Assembly: GCF_964204645.1 (NCBI RefSeq)
Contig: NC_134032.1
Coordinates: 4,488,175 to 4,552,174 of the forward strand
Reading direction: 5' to 3'
DNA: 64,000 nt
Source: Tubulanus polymorphus
Taxonomy: Eukaryota; Animalia; Nemertea
Position 1 is the first letter of the stretch, and every line of letters begins with the position of its first letter. Positions 57,455-64,000 of this stretch are shown piece after piece. Both the position numbers and the translations under genes were made by a program. The notes beneath the pieces were generated by a model. That model searched no databases. It had not been told where the DNA came from and worked only from the letters and a program-made list of their open reading frames with translations.

Positions 57455-58270
57455 CTAAGAGGAGGGCGCTGCGATAGGCAGGGAGTCTGTTTGGGGCATC
57501 TGTTTGACGGCTATGGCGTCTAGTGCGCTTAAAAAGGTCAGGGCCTGAGTGACGTCAGTGAGGCGAAAGCAGCGGCATGGAACATCATGGAAGGGCACGG
57601 GATCCCGGCGCTTGATGTATAGCGGCAGGACTCCGATGTCTTCTACGACCTGCGTAAACAGCGTCAGCTCTTGCGCCAATAGAGCCTCGCTGGTCTCTTT
57701 GCAGTAGATGTGCACTTGGGCGGCATCGGCGATTTCGCTAGTGTCATGATCGATTAGGACGTTGCTGTCCTTTAAGCGGGAGTATCGCAGGGGCGTTTTG
57801 GTGATAGGGGGCTTTTTTGGAAGGGCGTAGCCGGCGATCTGCGAGTAGTTATTGGCAAACAGCAAGGGGCGATTGGGCGCCCTTTGGAGAAGGCGCACAT
57901 TATTCCACATGTGAACAATGCCTATGATGTGGTGCTCAAAATACCGAGTGAGCTTCATGCCCTCTGTCGTGAGCGTTTCTTCGCCTAGTGCGCTGTATTG
58001 TTGGAGGATGTCAAAGATGACATTGATGGCGATGTGCGCCTGAACCATGGTGCCTGCCCAGTCGGGCTCGCGCAGCTTATAAGTGAGGAGCAGATCTTCT
58101 ATGCCTTTGTATGTGAAGAGCAGGGCCTGCTCGAGCGCTTTCATTCTGTCTTTGGCCGCGGTGTCGAGCGCTTGGTGGCCTTTTACGAATGCGCCTATAA
58201 ATTCAGCGGCCGTGGATGCATCTCCAAGGTAGAGCAGCGCCTGGCGCTTTAAGTTGGTTAATGGGTCCAT
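57455..58270 (-). CDS. Viral multigene-family member
   Basis: One amino-acid difference from 54858-55673. Confidence 0.8.
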   Translation of the reverse strand: MDPLTNLKRQALLYLGDASTAAEFIGAFVKGHQALDTAAKDRMKALEQALLFTYKGIEDLLLTYKLREPDWAGTMVQAHIAINVIFDILQQYSALGEETLTTEGMKLTRYFEHHIIGIVHMWNNVRLLQRAPNRPLLFANNYSQIAGYALPKKPPITKTPLRYSRLKDSNVLIDHDTSEIADAAQVHIYCKETSEALLAQELTLFTQVVEDIGVLPLYIKRRDPVPFHDVPCRCFRLTDVTQALTFLSALDAIAVKQMPQTDSLPIAAPSS

Positions 58271-58352
58271 TTTTTGTCTCAAAATCTATAGTGGGCCCCT
58301 GATCAAATGTGCATAGCATGCCGGCGCGGGGCAGAGGGGGCAAAAAAAGCAG

Positions 58353-59175
58353 TTATGCAAGAGGCTGAGTGTTTGTGCCTGATGGCGGGGGGAGGCGAGA
58401 GATAGCGATCTGCTTTAATGTATCAATATGCTCTAGCGCGCTGTCTGCTGTGGGGAGAAGAAAGCAGCGGTATGGTAGGTCATCTAAGATCGGATAGTGA
58501 CTTTTATGGAGAATGCGCGGCATATTGGCGATCTTGTTGGCGATGGTGCTGATGTAAGTAGTCTTGATTGCTTGGAGGTCTTGGCTTTTCTGGGTGCAGG
58601 ATTCGATCACTTCGTCGAGGTCGGCGGTCTTTTCAGACGGCGGTCTTGGAGATCTCTACGATGTTGTTGGAGGCTAAGGTGAAATAGTATGGGAGTGAAT
58701 TTCTTGCGAGGGACACGTCTCTGATAGTCTGAGAATAAGTTTGGCATGAGTGCGTATCAGTATATAGTAAAGACTTTTGGGGCGAGCGGGTCAGCAGGGG
58801 GGCATTTTTCCATACATCATCTATTCTTCTGCGGATCTGGGCAAGAGCCTGGGCCTGTATAGGGGCGCAGTAGCCGAACGCGATTTCGGGGGTGTATATA
58901 TAGCCTTGGAAGATCTCATTGACGATGTTGTACGAAAGGTGTGCCTGTATTAAGAGGCCTGCCCAGCTGGGCTCAGGGATCTCATGAGCATTGATGAATT
59001 GTGGGATGGTTTCGTGGGTAAAGGTCAGGGCCTCTTCGAGGGCTACCATTTTTGTGCGGGCGAGGGGTGAGAGCTTTTTGTGCTTTAGGATGCTGCTGCC
59101 GATTAGTTCGATGGCCACTGCGGCCTCGCCGAAGCGAAAGACAGCGTTCTCTTTTAGCTCTTCTTTGTCTGCCAT
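58353..59175 (-). pseudogene. Viral multigene-family member, frameshifted near 58630
   Basis: EPSWAGLLIQAHLSY; the downstream ORF ends DDLPYRCFLL, matching HDVPCRCFRL of the neighbour. Confidence 0.75.
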
Positions 59176-59272
59176 GATAAATCTACTAAATATGTAGTAA
59201 GCTAGATGGCCAAAATCTGCATAATATATGTTCTATAAAAAAAAAGGCTTACGAAGGCAGGGGCCCTCCCCA

Positions 59273-60160
59273 TCATAGGATGGTGCACGAGCGCGTCATG
59301 GGCCGAGCGGTTCTTCTTAGGGATCGAAAGAGGCGTGCTGCGCCCAGTCGGATGTGGATAAAAATGTCTGAGTCTAAAAAGGTGTTATGGGCGCGATTCG
59401 AATTGATGTATCTTATCAGGTCGTCGAGCTCTCTCTGGGCGGTTTGTAAGCCCGCTAGGGCAGAGCACACTATATAGATGGGGCTGCCCGGGGGATAGGG
59501 CGGCACTGCGCTCTTTTGCGAAATGGTTTCTACGGCCTCTCGCAGGGTGTCAGAGGCATCTGCCTGCAATTGGCTAATGACCTCATAGTAGCTAGAGGCT
59601 TTGGCGCGGTAGTGGGCTAAGATTCTGTTTTCGTCTTGGAAGGCGCCCAGATTTTGATTGCGTGTGCTGCGAATGTAGTGAAAGATCTTGAGGACATGAT
59701 TCATGAGCAGCTCTTCGTCTTTGGTGGTGAAGTGCGAGTACTTTTCCCAGGCTGAGGGGTCAAAGGGCAGCGGGTCACAAAAGAGCTGGGTGGCGCGAGT
59801 ATAGAGCTTGGATATGCGGCTATCGGATAGGCTCTTTATTGTTTTTTTTATTGACGAGTCTGAGCGCTCTTTATCGGTGGGCAGGGCGCTGTAGTCTTCT
59901 AATAGCTGTTCGACAGCCAAATACATAGAGTGCGCCGCGAGTATCAGAGATAGCCATTCAGTCTCGTCTGGGAAGGGGAGAAAGGCAGGCGCTATGGCGA
60001 TCATAGAGAGGCGCGATTGAGAGATGGTGCGATAGTAGTGGTGATAGCGATTGCCGATGCCAGAAGTGTCAGCCATTTGGATGCTAAGGGCTGCGCAGGA
60101 CGAGCTGCCCTGGCCGAGGGCCTCGATTATTGTTAGCTTTTTTGTCTTTAAGGCAGCCAT
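59273..60160 (-). CDS. Viral multigene-family member
   Basis: ETEWLSLILAAHSMY; 295 aa. Confidence 0.75.
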   Translation of the reverse strand: MAALKTKKLTIIEALGQGSSSCAALSIQMADTSGIGNRYHHYYRTISQSRLSMIAIAPAFLPFPDETEWLSLILAAHSMYLAVEQLLEDYSALPTDKERSDSSIKKTIKSLSDSRISKLYTRATQLFCDPLPFDPSAWEKYSHFTTKDEELLMNHVLKIFHYIRSTRNQNLGAFQDENRILAHYRAKASSYYEVISQLQADASDTLREAVETISQKSAVPPYPPGSPIYIVCSALAGLQTAQRELDDLIRYINSNRAHNTFLDSDIFIHIRLGAARLFRSLRRTARPMTRSCTIL

Positions 60161-60171
60161 TTTATATTAAT

Positions 60172-61023
60172 TTAAGATCCTAAAATGTAAAAAAAACAGT
60201 CTCTATCAGGTATGATCGTATACTGCATGGGAGGGGCCTCGTCGTCGGCGCCCCAGCCCTGAGTCATTTCGATGGCTTGATCGATGCGATCGAGAAGCAT
60301 TGACAGGGAGTGCATGTGCTCGGCTTTGGGTGCCAGGCTCGAAGGGGGCAGGTGCTTTGCGTCCCTGGACTCTACATCGATGGCGCCGATCGCGCTCTTT
60401 ATGTAGGACTGGGCTTCCTTAAATTTAGTGGTGGCATTCTTGGCGAGCGCGCGCAAAAAGTTCTGGAGGCACACATTGTCTTGGGGCGCAATCGCCTGCT
60501 GCGCGGCATTAGATCTCAGGACTTCCATTACAAAGTCATCGGCGCCATGGATGCCTACATCGATCTGTTTGTCATCGGGGCTGAGGAGCAGGCTGGGCCG
60601 AGTGCGAGAAGCAGGCTCCCAAGGGTCTGCCTTGGAGCCCATGCGAAGGGCCATTTTATACAAAGAGAAGGCGCATCGATTGTATGAAGATCGCATGCCG
60701 TCTATGATGGACGTCTGGGTGGCCAAGCTGGGCAGGCGCTGCCTTTGAAACTTTTGGCAGTACTCTTCTATTTGTAGGTAAAAGGAGTAGGCCTCGGCCA
60801 GGAGGCATATCCAGCTGGCCTGATCGGTGGTGATTGTAAACATGGGAATCATCTCATAGATCTCCAAGCGCGCCTTGGTGATCTGGGTAAAGCGGCAGAT
60901 CTGTTCGCTCGATGTCGCATCACCGTCCTGCAGAAAGCCGATCAAGGCAAAGATCATGGAGTTAGTGCTGCCAATCAGGTACACGGCGTGCGCGGGGATG
61001 TTTTTTTTGCGCAATTCTTCCAT
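60172..61023 (-). CDS. Viral multigene-family member
   Basis: QASWICLLAEAYSFY; 283 aa. Confidence 0.75.
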   Translation of the reverse strand: MEELRKKNIPAHAVYLIGSTNSMIFALIGFLQDGDATSSEQICRFTQITKARLEIYEMIPMFTITTDQASWICLLAEAYSFYLQIEEYCQKFQRQRLPSLATQTSIIDGMRSSYNRCAFSLYKMALRMGSKADPWEPASRTRPSLLLSPDDKQIDVGIHGADDFVMEVLRSNAAQQAIAPQDNVCLQNFLRALAKNATTKFKEAQSYIKSAIGAIDVESRDAKHLPPSSLAPKAEHMHSLSMLLDRIDQAIEMTQGWGADDEAPPMQYTIIPDRDCFFYILGS

Positions 61024-61175
61024 GATTAGTAATGTGGACTATTAAAAAGCGATTTATAGCGAAACGGGCGCCGGCTGGTAAACGGGCACAGGGGCGCCAA
61101 ACAAAAAAAAAGAAATGGCCAGGGCGATTATAGTATAAAATAGAATATCGCGCAAAAGGGGCAGGGGCCTTAGAG

Positions 61176-61941
61176 TCAAAGGGCCGCTAGGCGCCTGAGG
61201 ATCGCTTTGTAGCCCTTGTCAAGGATGCGCAGCCCCGCGAATTGTTCGCAAAATATAAGGATGCTGAGTTTACCGTGCGGGTTGTATAGAGAGCTGTTTC
61301 GCGTGATAGTTGCGCATTTGTATTCGAGCGATGAATAGGCGCTATAACTGAGAGTCTTGATGAATTGGAGAGTGTTGCCCCCGACTTCAAAGGCTCTTTC
61401 AAGGACGCAGGACTCCATGGGGGGGTCATTATCCAAAATCTCGTTGGACGTGCGGACATCTTCAAAGAGATCGCGAAGGATCTCATTTAAGAATTTGGAC
61501 TCAGGAGACGACTCGTCGGGTATGGGCGGCCATGATGTGATGGGCGGCTGAATGGCCATGAGGGCTTCGGCATAGGCCTGAATAGCGCAGAAATCTCGCT
61601 GGTATAATGTTCGGAGATCCTGAATGACATCCTCTAAGTCGGCTGAGTTTGGAGGGTTCGGCAGGGTCTACGATGCTATCTATGAGGGTTTCGGCCTTTA
61701 GGCAAATCGAGTGCCCCCACGCGGCTAGGCCTACCCATTCGGCCGCTGACCAGGCGGGCAGCAGCATTTCCATCCAGTGATATAAAAACGAGCGCGCATC
61801 CCTGATGTGGCGGGCTCGATGGGCCAAAAAGGCTATATTTATAGGTGTGGCGCCAAGTATCATCATCATGGCCTGCAGGGTGCCATGGGCAGAGGTGAGC
61901 GCCTCGATGATGCTGGCCTTTATTTCGAGTACTGTCAGCAT
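61176..61941 (-). pseudogene. Viral multigene-family member, frameshifted near 61650
   Basis: AAEWVGLAAWGHSIC; the alternative frame SADLEDVIQDLRTLYQ joins ORF 61176-61559. Confidence 0.7.
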
Positions 61942-62133
61942 AGTAGGAATTATATTTAATTTTCTAACTAACTTGGGGCGCGGCAAATATGCGCAATCTT
62001 GTTCAAGGGGGCAGGGGGCCTGCGCGCCATAGGGGGGGCGAGGCCGAGGGGAAAGCAAAGCGGGCACAAAAAAAAACACACGCACACTCTCTGAAGAAAA
62101 GGAGAGAGAGGCAGGGCACAGGGGCGCCTTGGC

Positions 62134-62931
62134 TTAGACGCAGCAGCAACGGCAGCGCTCGATGCATTTGTCGAGGGCGCTCCTGGCATTTAAGATAGAA
62201 GTCTCGCCTTCGTAGGCGCCCATCAGTTCATTGCAAATGTCGGACCAGGCCACTGCGCAGACCTGAATGGGATTTAGATCGCATGCGCGCATTTTGGCGA
62301 TCTCTTGGTCCGGCAAGCCGAGCAGGTGGGCGCGCACTGCCCTAATGGCGGTGTCCCAATAGTCTAGCTCCATAGAGACCTGCTTAGTCTCTTCGATGGT
62401 CGAAGGGTCAGCCTCTGCTAATGTGCGCTTGATTCTGCGGGTGGCAATGATGGTGTCCATGATGCCGCGATGGGGCCCTTCGCAGCTGGGGGTCAGGTCA
62501 TCGTCATCGCTGTTGTGGCACTCATAGTAGGTGGGGTCCCCTCTTATCAGCTCTTTTGAGCGGGTGCCCATCAGGTCGAATTCTGATGATGATATGTGCC
62601 TAAGGGCGCAGAGGGCTTGCATTTTTTTTGTGGTGTCATTCCTTGGGTCTTCATAGGCTTGCATGTAGAACTTGATGTATGTAAAGGCAATCAGAGCGCG
62701 GCCCAAGAGCTCTGCCCACATTCCTTCTAGGGGCAAATGCCTCCTGTCGTCTAGGTCGTCGAGGCATTTTAGCATATTTTTCATATATTGATCTATGTTT
62801 TGGTTGATCAGGGAGCCTATACCATGGGCGCTGCCACAGAGGTCAAAGAGGCCCACAAATACATGAATCGAGACCATGGATACCTTAATGGTCAGGTCAA
62901 TCTCGCTTTCCCATTTGCTTGCGACATTCAT
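62134..62931 (-). CDS. Viral multigene-family member (divergent)
   Basis: EGMWAELLGRALIAF; C-terminal CRCCCV. Confidence 0.7.
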   Translation of the reverse strand: MNVASKWESEIDLTIKVSMVSIHVFVGLFDLCGSAHGIGSLINQNIDQYMKNMLKCLDDLDDRRHLPLEGMWAELLGRALIAFTYIKFYMQAYEDPRNDTTKKMQALCALRHISSSEFDLMGTRSKELIRGDPTYYECHNSDDDDLTPSCEGPHRGIMDTIIATRRIKRTLAEADPSTIEETKQVSMELDYWDTAIRAVRAHLLGLPDQEIAKMRACDLNPIQVCAVAWSDICNELMGAYEGETSILNARSALDKCIERCRCCCV

Positions 62932-63040
62932 CTTTATTGTAAAAGTCAATACCTAAAATAATCACTGATTTGCGCTTTCTTGCGGCCCTTGCGAAAAAAA
63001 AAGCTCAGGGGGCTGAGTGACTAGTGTACAAGGCAGTGGG

Positions 63041-63751
63041 CTATGGGCCGCCCCACCGGGCAGGGCTGGGGGCCAAAAGAAGCGGCGATGCAGGGGGCGG
63101 CCATAGGCGGCTGACATCTGTGGGCAGGTGCGCCTCTGCCGCAGGGGGTTCTCTATATCTGATTTGGGCGAGGGCAAAGTGTGGGGGCACTGAAAGGGCA
63201 TGTGGAGATGGGCACATGAATATAGAGGGGCCCTGCGCGGCAGAGGAGCGAGCGCTAAGGCAGAGAGAGTCGCATAAGGAGCTAGTATCGGCATCAGAGG
63301 CATTATCATATAGAATGCAAAAGCCCTTCCAAGGAGGGCCCTCGTCTTCGGTGCGCGGGTGCAGCCTTTCGCCCAAGAGGCGCGACATCTGCTTGAGGGC
63401 CGATCGAGAGCGCGAGAGGTAGATGGCATTTGTAATAATTAGCAAAATGTGCATATCTGGATTAAAGGTGCTGAGAAATAGTTTTAGGGGTGTTGCTTTC
63501 ATGTCGATGAGGCATACATATTCATCTTTTAGGCCAAAGAGCATGGATATATTGTCTATCTCTGGGCGGTGTAGGACAGGGTCTTGACCATGCAGCAGCA
63601 CATGGATATGCGCCCTGTCTTTGCCATCTTTGTAGTCGGTGGCGATTTCGTGCCAGCGCTGCCAATAGTGGGTGAGCTGCGGGAGCCAGCAAAAGAGGCG
63701 AAGGTCTGAGCTGGGCTTGTGGCTAAATGCAAAACCATGATCGAAAGGCAT
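63041..63751 (-). CDS. Viral orphan protein (alpha/beta pattern)
   Basis: 236-aa ORF, AT-rich upstream, T9 downstream. Confidence 0.6.
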   Translation of the reverse strand: MPFDHGFAFSHKPSSDLRLFCWLPQLTHYWQRWHEIATDYKDGKDRAHIHVLLHGQDPVLHRPEIDNISMLFGLKDEYVCLIDMKATPLKLFLSTFNPDMHILLIITNAIYLSRSRSALKQMSRLLGERLHPRTEDEGPPWKGFCILYDNASDADTSSLCDSLCLSARSSAAQGPSIFMCPSPHALSVPPHFALAQIRYREPPAAEAHLPTDVSRLWPPPASPLLLAPSPARWGGP

Positions 63752-64000
63752 GTCGAAATAATAAGGACTTAACTTCTACAAAGGAGGTAAAATGTGCATT
63801 GCACTGCGCCCGGCTAGCCTTTTTTGTCAGGGCCCCCCCCCCTTTTCTTTTTTGGGGCGAAAAAAAAAACACAACAGTAAGGGGAGGGCCCCCTAAACGT
63901 CGTGGAAGCCTTCTAAGAAGTCGTCTATGCTCTTTAAGATCCTATGTGGATCGTCTGCGAAGATTTGGGGGGTGAGATGAGGATCGATCTGTTGGCGAAT

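Larger units (their letters stand above)
53403..58591. repeat. 2.6-kb direct tandem duplication (53403-55995 / 55998-58591)
   Basis: Near-identical copies, each with the 34-bp array and the 275-aa gene; only a handful of differences. Confidence 0.95.
35520..64000. mobile_element. Endogenous (or co-assembled) giant-virus segment, Nucleocytoviricota, asfarvirus-like; continues beyond the window
   Basis: Abrupt rise in GC, dense intronless ORFs, RPB2 + A32 ATPase + TK, poly-T terminators, multigene family. Confidence 0.85.

Noticed and set aside
63041-63751. TIR-domain protein
   Set aside because: Only a vague FAFSH start; no further TIR boxes recognisable.

Overview
Eukaryotic, probably invertebrate-animal, genomic DNA with no recognisable host gene; almost all of it is mobile or viral. 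It has five parts. (1) 1-4070: transposon debris, including a decayed Polinton PolB fragment, a MITE and a Helentron/HINE-like 3' end. (2) 4074-21738: a full-length, very AT-rich but pseudogenised Polinton/Maverick (adintovirus-like) element. It carries pPolB with an EndoVII-like domain, penton, major capsid, A32 ATPase, integrase-chromodomain and an HNH nuclease, and has ~370-bp TIRs that end in fold-back hairpins. Its genes start at poxvirus-like TAAATG/TAAAATG motifs. (3) 21739-30795: rearranged remains of related Polintons, with a solo LTR and what looks like the start of an intein at the PolB pol-c site. (4) 30800-35500: a Harbinger/ISL2EU transposase fragment and a ~1.4-kb-unit tandem repeat. 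(5) ~35520 to the window end: an abrupt switch to GC-richer, gene-dense, intronless DNA of a highly divergent nucleocytoplasmic large DNA virus with asfarvirus-like features. These include RPB2, a B354L-type packaging ATPase, a thymidine-kinase-like gene, poly-T terminators, a tandem multigene family, an origin/terminus-like 34-bp repeat block and a 2.6-kb tandem duplication. The most interesting reading is an endogenous Pokkesviricetes-like giant virus beside hairpin-ended Polintons that may be virophage-like parasites of such viruses. All family assignments come from motif recognition by eye, not database searches.
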